From positions 1 through 64,000 of IMG/VR virus record IMGVR_UViG_3300042389_001739: DNA of 64,000 nt. One strand, given 5' to 3'. Each line of letters starts with the position of its first letter. Position 1 is the first letter of the stretch. Source of the DNA: a virus. The position numbers were made by a program, and so were the translations under genes. The notes below the pieces were generated by a model. It made no database searches. It worked only from the letters and a program-made list of their open reading frames with translations, and was not told where the DNA came from. Shown here piece by piece: positions 54,792 to 64,000 of the stretch.

Positions 54792-55340
54792 TTATGTATG
54801 CAGCTGCCAGAATTTTGGCTTGGTGAGCGACGTCGTAAACGTCTCACCGGCGCCTGGCCCATGGTAGATCAGGCCGCCGTTGTATCCAAATTTGTACCCG
54901 ATGCTGTCGGTAGCATTTTCTTCGGTTAAAAATCTTTCAATAGGGTCGTCTATGCGCAGCCGTATTTGAAAAACCGCTTTCTTTGTTGGTTTTTCCGGGT
55001 AATAAAACGATACGGCAAAGCCATGTAGCGTGCCATCATCGTTTAATATGACTTTTCTTAGCGGTACTTTGAATGTCTGTCCAGTACTGTCCGTAATCTC
55101 TTTATCGGACTCGTCTACAATCCATTTTAGCTGTTCTTCTAAATCCGCGAGCATTGCTCGCGCTTGCTCCACCTTTCCTGCATGCGACAGTCCAAGTATA
55201 TAACCCAGGATAGAAGACATTCGCAGGGTAGCTGGTTGTGTCAGCAACAAGCGATTAACCCAGTGCGCTGGAATAAGCGAATTGTTTGCAGCACTACCGT
55301 ACATTTGATCGGTCACCGCTTCCAGTTTTGATTCACTCAT
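54792..55340 (-). CDS. Hypothetical protein (YNGGLIYHG...WQLHT family)
   Basis: C-terminal motif common in phage/MGE proteins. Confidence 0.7.
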   Translation of the reverse strand: MSESKLEAVTDQMYGSAANNSLIPAHWVNRLLLTQPATLRMSSILGYILGLSHAGKVEQARAMLADLEEQLKWIVDESDKEITDSTGQTFKVPLRKVILNDDGTLHGFAVSFYYPEKPTKKAVFQIRLRIDDPIERFLTEENATDSIGYKFGYNGGLIYHGPGAGETFTTSLTKPKFWQLHT

Positions 55341-55444
55341 TTAATTTTCCTTGTAGTTGTTTTTCAAACCGTGCTGATTCCTGGCAAGACTCCAGACACA
55401 GCACACAAAACGCCAATAAACAGAACCAGAACACAACTGCCGAT

Positions 55445-55774
55445 TCACTGTTTTGATTTTTTGACATACTTGCCTACTTTACGACATAGCCGGTTCATTG
55501 ACTTTGTAAACTTGGGGGCATAGCCCTTTTCTAATGCAATTGTGTACGACAACGTACTCGTAAGCTGTAGCACTTGCACCGCCGCCCACGCGATATAGAA
55601 GTCCGCAGAGTTGGGTTTACCTGCGCGTATCCAGGCTTCTCTGCCTGTATATCCCTTGGCCCACCCGTCTGGCCCAACGCAAAGTACAATAAAACCTGGG
55701 TGTATTTGTCCTTCTTTTATCATAGATGGCGTGATTTGAGCTAACTCTGATTTTTTATAAAGTTTTTCGGTCAT
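55445..55774 (-). CDS. Hypothetical protein
   Basis: 109-aa ORF, AGGA RBS. Confidence 0.65.
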   Translation of the reverse strand: MTEKLYKKSELAQITPSMIKEGQIHPGFIVLCVGPDGWAKGYTGREAWIRAGKPNSADFYIAWAAVQVLQLTSTLSYTIALEKGYAPKFTKSMNRLCRKVGKYVKKSKQ

Positions 55775-55816
55775 GCTATTTCCTGTTTACACGACCAACT
55801 GCTTTAAATCTGGAAT

Positions 55817-56353
55817 TTAACGCAACCACTCGTCACGTTCATTCCAAATTCGGCTTGGTCGTGGTCGTTGTTGTCCTGTGTACTTACCTTTATAAAGATC
55901 TTCCGGTTTAACGTCAGAGCAGGTTTCAAAGAAAATCTGGCATATTCGCATGTTGGCGTAGATTCGCAGCGGCTTGATTACCGTCACTTCCAGCGTCCAG
56001 GTGCCATCAAATCCGATGTCGCCGAACCCTGCTGTAACATGCACACTCAGCCCCAATCGTCCGGTGGACGAGCGACCTTCCACGCCCGGTACGTACTTAC
56101 TGGTGCTTGTACGTTCCTTGGTTGCCATGAGATACAGTTGATGTGGTTGCAGTACTAATCCGCCAGGCGGAATCTCATAGCTGATCGTTGGATTTTCAAT
56201 TGCTGCATCCAGGATCTCTGCGGTGTACTGCGTAACGTGACTGGCCAGGCGCAAATCGTAACTATTCGGGTTAATCTGTGCCGGATCAAACGGGTCAATC
56301 AGAATATCTCCGTTTTCCACTGACTGCCGGATTGCGCTGCCTGTCAGGATCAT
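55817..56353 (-). CDS. dcd: dCTP deaminase
   Basis: INPNSYDLRL, EGRSSTGRLGL, AGFGDIGFDGTWTLE, RICQI. Confidence 0.95.
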   Translation of the reverse strand: MILTGSAIRQSVENGDILIDPFDPAQINPNSYDLRLASHVTQYTAEILDAAIENPTISYEIPPGGLVLQPHQLYLMATKERTSTSKYVPGVEGRSSTGRLGLSVHVTAGFGDIGFDGTWTLEVTVIKPLRIYANMRICQIFFETCSDVKPEDLYKGKYTGQQRPRPSRIWNERDEWLR

Positions 56354-56370
56354 TGCTTTGACTTTCTGGC

Positions 56371-56583
56371 TTAACCGTGAATTTGACTCAGGGTTTTTAT
56401 TTTGGGATCTTCGAAGGCCGCAATCAAGCCCTGTTTAACGGCCTCCGCCATTTCTTCCGTTGTTTTACAAAAAACCGGCTGCGCGCAGCCGCGGATGACA
56501 AATCCATTGGCAATCTGCTGCACGCGTATTTGCGCGCCAATATCGTTCTGCTCTTCACGGACAATGAACTTTGGTACTATCAT
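56371..56583 (-). CDS. Small hypothetical protein
   Basis: IRVQQIANGFVI motif. Confidence 0.6.
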   Translation of the reverse strand: MIVPKFIVREEQNDIGAQIRVQQIANGFVIRGCAQPVFCKTTEEMAEAVKQGLIAAFEDPKIKTLSQIHG

Positions 56584-56814
56584 TTTTTTCCTTTAGGCGG
56601 GTAGAGCCCGCAACATGTTTGCATGCAGCGACAACAAAACCACACACGAGAGGTAGCGTCGCTGTAATACCAGGCAAGACTACCTGGTTGAATTCTATTG
56701 TTACAAGTACCGCAACTCACCGGTTTGGCCGGTGTGCGGTACTTCATGTCAGTTTTAACACTTACAGTTCTTTGCGGTATTGCTTGCACAAACTGGGATA
56801 CAAGCGACTCCAGA

Positions 56815-57393
56815 TCATCGGAAATAGGGTCCCTCCATCCAGCTTACCAGCGAATAACGTAATCCAGCGGTTACCGGAGTTACGCGGTGCCTTAGAAAAG
56901 ACGGAAACACGATAACCGTTCCCTGTTGTTTCAGCTCGGTCGGATTCGGCAGATGCGTGCAATCCGCTTCCGCCAGTTCCAGCTCCCCGCCTTCGTAGTT
57001 GGCAGGATCGCTCAGCTGGATCACCATCGACAACTTGCGGCGAAAAAGCTGACTACTGACCCAGGTGGTGTCGTGGTGCCAGTCGTAGTGCCCGGCTGTC
57101 GTTGCGGGGTATTCTGTGAATTGGATTTCGTGAAACTCAGTCACATCGAAACCAAAGGCATTCCGGTTGGCTTCTGCAAACAAAGTAGCCATACGGCCAA
57201 ACAAGTTTGCAAACCGCTGGTCAAACCGCGGGATCCAGCGGATCTGACTGCGACGTACCGTCGGGTTATAAACAGTCACCCCACCATGACCGACTTGCCC
57301 TTCCACCGGTGGATATTTTTTACACGCCTCGACAATATCAGCACAATCTTGCGCAGATAAATGTCCTTTCCAGTATTGCCACCACTGGTTCAT
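56815..57393 (-). CDS. 2OG-Fe(II) oxygenase (PKHD/P4H-like)
   Basis: YDWHHD, RKLSMVIQL, YEGGEL, FPSFLRHRVTPV, RYSLVSW. Confidence 0.92.
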   Translation of the reverse strand: MNQWWQYWKGHLSAQDCADIVEACKKYPPVEGQVGHGGVTVYNPTVRRSQIRWIPRFDQRFANLFGRMATLFAEANRNAFGFDVTEFHEIQFTEYPATTAGHYDWHHDTTWVSSQLFRRKLSMVIQLSDPANYEGGELELAEADCTHLPNPTELKQQGTVIVFPSFLRHRVTPVTAGLRYSLVSWMEGPYFR

Positions 57394-57394
57394 C

Positions 57395-57730
57395 TTAGTT
57401 TCCCTGTGCCAAGGCGGTACGAGCCGCCAATAATTTTTTACTGGTCTCAGTTAACTCGGTTTGCATGTTGGCATGATGCGCAAAAAGCACATCCAGAATC
57501 TCTGCGGCTGTCTGCAGGACCATGCCGTAACTACCCATAGCCACGTCCACGGGTTTTATTTGATTCTCGGTGCTGTTGTTGGACCACAACCCGTGGCTGA
57601 TGTCCGGTGTATCGTTTAACGCACCGTGGTAATCGTAAATTACCAGGACGCTTCTTAGTTCCGGTACGGCATTTAATGCGTGCTGACAAACCGGTTGAAA
57701 TATGTCATCAAGTTTTTGATCAAACCTCAT
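57395..57730 (-). CDS. Hypothetical protein
   Basis: Coupled ORF. Confidence 0.65.
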   Translation of the reverse strand: MRFDQKLDDIFQPVCQHALNAVPELRSVLVIYDYHGALNDTPDISHGLWSNNSTENQIKPVDVAMGSYGMVLQTAAEILDVLFAHHANMQTELTETSKKLLAARTALAQGN

Positions 57731-58052
57731 TATCCGCTACCTCTTCTAGTTTGAACCGCGGGGTGCGACAAGCAGAATAGCACAAGTCATTACCAAGGTT
57801 GGCCAGTCGGGCGCAGGCGAAACCGAACAGTATCGCCTGCAGCACGGAACTGACTTGCCACGTGGGCGGAAGCTGAAAGATTCCGCTGCAACCGAATCCC
57901 ACCCAGACAGACAAGCAAAACGGGCAACACAACAGCTCCCCCAGCTTATTTGTCCAAAGCTCAACTCGGCTGCGCCATGCAGCAAATAATGACGAATGGT
58001 GCCAGATCTCAACAATTTGCCACGTTGCAAGACCGGCAATAAGCAAATTCAT
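57720..58052 (-). CDS. Membrane protein (DUF1360-like)
   Basis: GELLCCPFCLSVWVG plus hydrophobic helices. Confidence 0.7.
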   Translation of the reverse strand: MNLLIAGLATWQIVEIWHHSSLFAAWRSRVELWTNKLGELLCCPFCLSVWVGFGCSGIFQLPPTWQVSSVLQAILFGFACARLANLGNDLCYSACRTPRFKLEEVADNEV

Positions 58053-58061
58053 GGGACAGTG

Positions 58062-58196
58062 TTAACCTCCACCGATTTTTAGTATGGCAAAAAGAAATAC
58101 CAGACTGAACATGCCAAGTCCAATATGTCCTTCCATAAATAGTAAAATCGTTGAGATCAGAAAACACAACGCCCATGTTGCTATTGCTTTATCCAC
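58062..58196 (-). CDS. Small 44-aa membrane protein (not in ORF track)
   Basis: GTG start with GGAGGA RBS: MDKAIATWALCFLISTILLFMEGHIGLGMFSLVFLFAILKIGGG. Confidence 0.55.
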   Translation of the reverse strand: MDKAIATWALCFLISTILLFMEGHIGLGMFSLVFLFAILKIGGG

Positions 58197-58410
58197 CTGT
58201 TTCCTCCTGGGGTGGAGGAGACCAATCGTTTAACATTACACGATCGGGAGGGGGTGCCCCTTCACCGACAACCAGTTCCGCTATCGGTTTCCCTGTCGGG
58301 TCCGGATATTGATGAACTAAAAGTTGTCCTGGCGCAAACGTCGGCGATGGCCAATGCAGCGATCGTAATTGTTTGCGCCGCTCGTAGGCGAACGGACTCC
58401 TGGACGGCAT
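58189..58410 (-). CDS. Hypothetical protein
   Basis: GGAGG RBS; first gene of the leftward operon. Confidence 0.6.
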   Translation of the reverse strand: MPSRSPFAYERRKQLRSLHWPSPTFAPGQLLVHQYPDPTGKPIAELVVGEGAPPPDRVMLNDWSPPPQEETGG

Positions 58411-58577
58411 GTTGGCCTCCCTCCTGTAATCTTGTTATCTTAATCTAGTTACGCGTGTAACCAGATTTCTACACCCGACGTACGCCAGTCGCGCTGGAGT
58501 GACAATCACCAGCATTACAACTGTTCCCAGTATACCTAGTACTATATCGCTAGGCTTGTCCAAGTTACTGCTCTCCT

Positions 58578-60542
58578 ATGGATTATCTTGAACTACAAAA
58601 TTCCCGTAAAACAACAAGCCAACGGTTGGCCGAAAACATGGCCAACGTCAGCCAGTTCGACATCGAACTGGCGGATTTATTAAAGTCGCCACTGCTTGAA
58701 GGCTTTAAAATGCCACTCACCGATGATCCGGTGATTCAGCGGCTGCACGTTGTGAACCATGTCATGAAGCAGTCCGGCAGTCTTACGCTTAAACCGTTAC
58801 TGCCACTACTGCTTTCGATTCGAGGAAAACCTTACCATCTTGCTGACCATTTTCCGTTTGCTCCTTTCTTTCGCACACGGATGCCGACCAAAACTGTCTT
58901 GAAAACCGGTCGGCAGGTTTCCAAGTCAACGTCCCTGGCCGCCCAGGGTGTATTGTTTTCTAATTGTATTCCGTATTTCTCCACGCTGTATCTGACCCCG
59001 CTTTTTGAAATGATCCGGCGGTTCTCCCAGAACTATGTGGCGCCGTTTATTGAAACCAGTCCGGTTGCTCGCCTCTTCAGCGGGACAAACACAACAAACA
59101 ACGTACTGCAGCGCAGCTTCAAAAATCGCTCGCAGATGATTTTTAGTTTTGCCTATCTGGATGCAGAACGTACACGCGGTATCAGCGCAGATAAGAACGT
59201 TATCGACGAAATCCAGGACATGGATATTTCGTTTTTGCCAATCATCCATGAAACCATATCGGCATCGCGTGACTGGGGAATCATCCAGTATGCCGGGACG
59301 CCCAAGTCACTGGACAACACCATTGAGCGACTGTGGATCGACTCTTCCATGGCCGAGTGGGTGATTCGCTGTCCACACATGGGCTGTAATTACTGGAACA
59401 TACCAGCCCTGGAACACGACCTGCTCAAGATGATCGGACCGGTGCATAACGACATCAGCAACGAGTGCCCGGGTGTCATTTGTGCCAAGTGCGCCAAACC
59501 AATAAACCCACGACCACCATCCCAGGGTGGAACCGGCCGCTGGGTTCACCGTCACCCGGATCGTCGCTGGGCATTTGCCGGATATCACGTGCCGCAGATC
59601 ATCATGCCGATGCATTACGCCAGCATCGAAAAATGGCAAAAGCTAGTGGATAAAATGAACGGCAAAGGCAACACGCCGGTGCACGTTTTCTACAACGAAG
59701 TTTGCGGCGAAAGTTGGGATTCCGGTTCCAAGCTGGTATCCGTTACCGACCTGAAACGGGCGGCCTGTCTGCCCTGGCAAAACCGACTGGAAGACGCCAA
59801 GCCGCACATCAATCAGTACATTTACCGGTTTGTGGCGGTGGACTGGGGCGGTGGTGGGGTCAGCAAGGGCCGCAGTGATCTGGCGTTACAGTCCTACACC
59901 TCGATCGCCGTGTGCGGGTTACTGCCGAACGGCCAGGTTGACGTGATGTATGGTTTTCGCAGTTTGACGCCGCACGAGCATGTGCGGGAAGCGCAGATTA
60001 TCCTGGGGCTGATGAGCACGTTTCGCTGCAGTCATGTGGTGCACGACTATACGGGTGCCGGTACGGTGCGTGAGACCATTCTGGTTCAGTCGGGTCTGCA
60101 TCCGAACAACATTCTTCCGGTGGCTTATGTCGGGCCGGTAAAAGGCAGTTTGATTAATTTTAAACCCGCCACCCGGATACACCCGCGTAACCACTACACG
60201 ATGGATCGTAACCGAGCTTTGTCTTACTGCTGCCAGTTTATCAAATCCGGTATTCTGCGTTTCTTCCAGTACGACTACAAGGGATCAGAAGACCCGGGAT
60301 TGCTGCACGACTTTTTGCACCTGATTGAAGACAAGAAAGAAACCGGATTTGCCAAGGATAAATACAAGATCCTGCGAGACCCGGCCGGTCCTGACGACTT
60401 TGCGCAGGCGGTGACGATCGGCACCATGATGTTATTTCAAATGCACGGCGCCTGGCCAAATATGGCAGCGTACGAGGACGTGGAGATTGACGAAGATGCC
60501 GTCATTTCTGCAAGGGGCGTTAACCCGATTGACTGGATTTAG
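58578..60542 (+). CDS. terL: Terminase large subunit (lambda GpA-like)
   Basis: LKTGRQVSKST (Walker A), RGISAD...IDEIQD (Walker B), AGTPK, CxxxxC/CxxC insert, NEVCGE, nuclease VAVDWG and DDFAQA. Confidence 0.9.
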   Translation: MDYLELQNSRKTTSQRLAENMANVSQFDIELADLLKSPLLEGFKMPLTDDPVIQRLHVVNHVMKQSGSLTLKPLLPLLLSIRGKPYHLADHFPFAPFFRTRMPTKTVLKTGRQVSKSTSLAAQGVLFSNCIPYFSTLYLTPLFEMIRRFSQNYVAPFIETSPVARLFSGTNTTNNVLQRSFKNRSQMIFSFAYLDAERTRGISADKNVIDEIQDMDISFLPIIHETISASRDWGIIQYAGTPKSLDNTIERLWIDSSMAEWVIRCPHMGCNYWNIPALEHDLLKMIGPVHNDISNECPGVICAKCAKPINPRPPSQGGTGRWVHRHPDRRWAFAGYHVPQIIMPMHYASIEKWQKLVDKMNGKGNTPVHVFYNEVCGESWDSGSKLVSVTDLKRAACLPWQNRLEDAKPHINQYIYRFVAVDWGGGGVSKGRSDLALQSYTSIAVCGLLPNGQVDVMYGFRSLTPHEHVREAQIILGLMSTFRCSHVVHDYTGAGTVRETILVQSGLHPNNILPVAYVGPVKGSLINFKPATRIHPRNHYTMDRNRALSYCCQFIKSGILRFFQYDYKGSEDPGLLHDFLHLIEDKKETGFAKDKYKILRDPAGPDDFAQAVTIGTMMLFQMHGAWPNMAAYEDVEIDEDAVISARGVNPIDWI

Positions 60543-62775
60543 CGATAGACACCCGCTTTTGCGCGGCTTGCATCATCTTTTTCGGGACAAATGGAAACAG
60601 GGACTGCATTCGCACCGCCGTCTGTTCCAGCCAGGCCGTCCAGTTGACTTCGGTTTTCGGTAAGTCTTGACTAAACCCGCGTAAATAGTGCATTACGGCT
60701 TTATCCGCACTGTGCGTCAATGCCCGTGGAGATAGCTCCTCTTTTCCGCCATCCACCACAATAGTGCCGTATTTCTCTGGCTGGGAGTCAAGGGCCAGAC
60801 GGGCTACGAAAAAGCCTGTATCGTCCACGCGTACAGCCCTGGCGTAAGAATCAATCCAGCGTGGCCAGCGGTGCGGCCAATGTTCTGTGTCGCGTCCGGT
60901 AATGTTAAAGCGGGTGTACAGGACCGGCAGAAACGCATCGCCGTGCGGTCGTTTGACGCCGATGCAGTAGGGCTCCAGCTCCAGCACCGGCGCCGTAATT
61001 TGTGCGCACAGCGCAATAGCGAATGCCCACATCACTTCCATTTCCTGTGTGTCTTTTTGCAGGGCTTCCTGGACTTCCTCTTTCAACTGCGCGAAATGCT
61101 GCTTTGGTCCCGGCGCGTCGTCCGGCATCGTAAAATCCGGATTTTGCCGAAAGACCCCGTCTTGCAGATAAGCATTTCGAAACTGAAAACCGCTGCCGTC
61201 CCAACCGATGCGTTCTTTCCCCACCACCATTGTTGGGTATTCCAACCGACAGGCTGCATCAAACGGGCAGAAGCTGTCACGTGTGGTATCTTGCTGGTAA
61301 GTAATCTGATCTGTCTGCATAAAAACGCCGCTGTTGACTGCGAACTCTCGCAACCAGTGCCAATTGGCCTTATCTTTATCGACTCGAAATTCATGACGCA
61401 CACCGTCGGATTCCAGAAAACCAATATATTCTTTCTGCCCATTAGGCCGGACCACGATATGCGTGATACGCAGAACGGCCGGTAACCGAATCTGTCCGCT
61501 GGTGTTATACCACTTACCTTCACGTTCGATGACTGTGCTGTATCCGCCGATAACACCGTTCTTGTCATACCTTGCCGCGCGTACCCGCATGCCGACCGTA
61601 GCTTTGAGCTTAGGATCTACGACCTCACGCACTAGCTCTGCTGCTCTTGCGGAATACTGCTCAGCATCCTGCAACAATTTGGCTTTGTCTGCCGGAGCCG
61701 CTGTCTCGGCCCAGTTTCGCAAGGCCTGTTCGTACGGACGCGATGCTCGAATTACGCGATTAATTACTTCCGGTGCGGGATGATTGTGAATCCAGGCACG
61801 CCACCGCGGTCCGCTAACTTCTTGCGGTTGCTGGTGATCTGTTTCCGGACCGACAAACGACAGGTTAGCACTCATCAGACTGGCATGATGCAGAATTGCT
61901 GCCGTGGGGGCGCGTTCCCACAATACCAGCCGCCGTCCCCCCAGAATCGACCACTGCCGATCGACACCTGCGGCTTGGTGCTGTCGCCAGGCCAACAACG
62001 GCAACGGCGAATTATCGTAACTGAAGTTATGCGCATGCATCTGCAGCATGACATGCAGCATTGAAGTCACAACCAGCGAGTTGGATTGCATTGAGGTAAG
62101 AAACGGCAAACCGGCAAATCCATACTCTCCAACGGCAAAGGCATTCATGCCCGAATGGGGTGGAGCAAAAAAGTATTCCTGCTTGTCGGTATAGCAGTTA
62201 AACGCACCAACCTGTGCCAGTGATTTGAAGAAAGGCACTACAGCCGTCAGCTTATTTTTACCAGCCGCATGCCGGTTTAGATTTTGCTTGAGATGAATAA
62301 ACGGCAGGATGCCGTAGAGTTGTCCCAGCCCTGCCTGGAATCGTTCGCTACTCATTTGCACCGAAGGTTGCCAACCCAGCTGACTGATCAGCTGATGTTC
62401 TTCACGGCTGAGTTTGGTTTTCTGCGCGGTTTGCCATATCTCCTGATACCGGCGGGCGTAATCGATACTTTTGTGATAAACTTTAATATGATCAAACGTC
62501 AGACTCATGTTGAGTCTGTCGGCCAAATACTTTACGGTGTCCTCCAGGGACATCTCCAGCCGTTCAGCTGCCATTGCCAAAATACTGCCAGCCGCTTTAC
62601 ACTGAGAGCAATAATGCCATTCTTCAAGGTTTCTGCTATCTTGGTGGATGGTCCACGCATGTGCGGTACAGTACGGACAACGATTAAGTACCGCGTATTT
62701 CGTAACCGGCTCCAAACCCAGAATTGGAGCAATTGCCGCATACGTCAAACCTGCATGGATGTCTAGGAGACTCAC
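60520..62775 (-). CDS. Large protein with N-terminal primase-type Zn finger (second, divergent primase/helicase-associated protein)
   Basis: CPYC...WHYCSQCKAAGSIL...VKYL resembles a CHC2 Zn finger; no intact TOPRIM acidic motifs seen. Confidence 0.6.
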   Translation of the reverse strand: MSLLDIHAGLTYAAIAPILGLEPVTKYAVLNRCPYCTAHAWTIHQDSRNLEEWHYCSQCKAAGSILAMAAERLEMSLEDTVKYLADRLNMSLTFDHIKVYHKSIDYARRYQEIWQTAQKTKLSREEHQLISQLGWQPSVQMSSERFQAGLGQLYGILPFIHLKQNLNRHAAGKNKLTAVVPFFKSLAQVGAFNCYTDKQEYFFAPPHSGMNAFAVGEYGFAGLPFLTSMQSNSLVVTSMLHVMLQMHAHNFSYDNSPLPLLAWRQHQAAGVDRQWSILGGRRLVLWERAPTAAILHHASLMSANLSFVGPETDHQQPQEVSGPRWRAWIHNHPAPEVINRVIRASRPYEQALRNWAETAAPADKAKLLQDAEQYSARAAELVREVVDPKLKATVGMRVRAARYDKNGVIGGYSTVIEREGKWYNTSGQIRLPAVLRITHIVVRPNGQKEYIGFLESDGVRHEFRVDKDKANWHWLREFAVNSGVFMQTDQITYQQDTTRDSFCPFDAACRLEYPTMVVGKERIGWDGSGFQFRNAYLQDGVFRQNPDFTMPDDAPGPKQHFAQLKEEVQEALQKDTQEMEVMWAFAIALCAQITAPVLELEPYCIGVKRPHGDAFLPVLYTRFNITGRDTEHWPHRWPRWIDSYARAVRVDDTGFFVARLALDSQPEKYGTIVVDGGKEELSPRALTHSADKAVMHYLRGFSQDLPKTEVNWTAWLEQTAVRMQSLFPFVPKKMMQAAQKRVSIAKSSQSG

Positions 62776-62776
62776 A

Positions 62777-63946
62777 ATGCCAAATCCTTCCGTTATCGTT
62801 GATCCAACTCAAGACCGGGCGCAGACGGAACTGGTAAAGATCGCCAGCCGCTATTCTTTCCCGGATTTCGTACGCTCGGCTGATTTGCACGATACGATGA
62901 ACCCGGCGGATATCGCCATTACAGCTTACGCTGACCCGGTGCAGAAGAAATACGCCTGCCACAACGCCGCCGCAACGTGGTTGTCTGCTGTTTATTTCCA
63001 CGAAAAAGCGGCAGAATACCATCCTAAACAGCAAGCACGGATTTGTGAACGCCTTACCCGCTTTGCGGATTATTTTGGGATTCGTCCGGAATATGACAAA
63101 ATCGTCAAGCGAGCTGAAGACTTGCGCGGCTCAGACCAGTTACCGGACAGTAGTTATGCCTACGTATGGCAGGGTAAAGACGGGAGCAAGGAACGCTATT
63201 ACCCGCTAACCAATTCCGTACAGGTTAAAGCCGCAGCTGAGTGGCTATTTGCAAATCGCGACCGAATTCCTTTTGCAGACCGCAACGTAATTGCAACTAA
63301 AATCCTGGAAAAGGCTGCCGCGTTTAACGCAAACCCCGGCGAAGAGCTGATTACTTTTATTGAGCGACAAGTCGGCCGCGGTTGGCCCGACAAGGCTGAA
63401 TTACAGTCCGCGCTGGACTATCGGGTCAAGCTGGCCCGAACCGAAGAACAACGTACGGCGATTACTAAACTGGCGCAGGCGCTGCAAAACACACCACCGC
63501 TGGCGTTACAGCAGCCCGAACTAGTTAAGCTGGCAACAACGCTGGACATGGTGGATTACTCAATCGGCTTGAAAGGCAAATACACCGAGCTGCTGCAACG
63601 ACCGGAGGATGTAATTTTCCGGCAGACGTACACGAAGACGGCGGCAGAGCACAGTCGTTTGTGTAACCTTACAACCGGTAATGTCTACAGCAAAACCCAG
63701 CTGGCCAAGCTGGCCCGGGAAGATATGGTCAATCTGTTCGGGCCAGACTTTGCCAGCGAAGTTTGTACCGGATTTGAAATTAATCCGGAGAAGCTTGCCG
63801 CTGTGGCACACACCCTGCCTCGACCTGATGCCGAATTACTCGAGCAGCTGTTAGCCGAAGCAGGGCAGTATCCGCAACAAAAAACCGCCTCAGCGCTTGA
63901 GCTTGACCCTCAAGCACTGGAAGAACTTGCTGCGGCCTACGCTTAA
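62777..63946 (+). CDS. Hypothetical protein, possibly virion/head morphogenesis
   Basis: Start MPNPSV at 62777 with AGGAG RBS; internal repeat KYACHNAAATWLSAVYF / RYYPLTNSVQVKAAAEW; same strand as terL. Confidence 0.65.
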   Translation: MPNPSVIVDPTQDRAQTELVKIASRYSFPDFVRSADLHDTMNPADIAITAYADPVQKKYACHNAAATWLSAVYFHEKAAEYHPKQQARICERLTRFADYFGIRPEYDKIVKRAEDLRGSDQLPDSSYAYVWQGKDGSKERYYPLTNSVQVKAAAEWLFANRDRIPFADRNVIATKILEKAAAFNANPGEELITFIERQVGRGWPDKAELQSALDYRVKLARTEEQRTAITKLAQALQNTPPLALQQPELVKLATTLDMVDYSIGLKGKYTELLQRPEDVIFRQTYTKTAAEHSRLCNLTTGNVYSKTQLAKLAREDMVNLFGPDFASEVCTGFEINPEKLAAVAHTLPRPDAELLEQLLAEAGQYPQQKTASALELDPQALEELAAAYA

Positions 63947-64000
63947 AAAATTTTATTGGCATTTTCTGAAAGAAATTGCACAGAGAACACCGGAACTCCA

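Noticed and set aside
58442-58467. Imperfect palindrome AATCTAGTTAC-GCGT-GTAACCAGATT upstream of terL as a cos/pac site
   Set aside because: A single short element in a divergent promoter region; nothing in the sequence distinguishes it from an operator or chance
1-64000. tRNA/rRNA genes and stop-codon recoding
   Set aside because: No cloverleaf or rRNA-like segment was recognised by eye (tRNAscan-SE would settle it); genes are full length in the standard code and TAA, TAG and TGA all serve as stops

Overview
The window is a 64-kb segment of a large (jumbo-type) tailed dsDNA phage genome in the standard genetic code, with nearly all genes on the minus strand. Layout: 1-15 kb is small accessory genes, including a five-member paralog family. 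15-22 kb holds a tubulin/FtsZ-family GTPase, a glycosyltransferase cluster and the portal. 26-49 kb is a replication/recombination module (Holliday junction resolvase, DEDD exonuclease, RecA, SSB-like protein, thymidylate kinase, UDG-fused family A DNA polymerase, primase, DnaB, SF2 helicase, SbcCD). 51.7-52.2 kb is an AT-rich giant inverted repeat (candidate origin). The remainder encodes an alpha-CTD mimic, dCTP deaminase, a 2OG-Fe(II) oxygenase and a lambda-GpA-type large terminase. The standout is at 10.38-12.06 kb: a small Cas7/RAMP-fold gene and a coupled accessory gene sit between two 90-nt-period repeat arrays. On the minus strand each unit is a run of (GGY-NN) pentamers with variable dinucleotides followed by a near-invariant hairpin, under a sigma70-like promoter. 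This looks like a compact, non-CRISPR programmable RNA-guided system (VIPR-like, name from memory). A second RAMP-like gene paired with an IS110/Nop-like gene lies in the replication core. A LEPRxLL-type peptide hints at a Planctomycetota host. All calls come from reading motifs by eye; no database searches were run.
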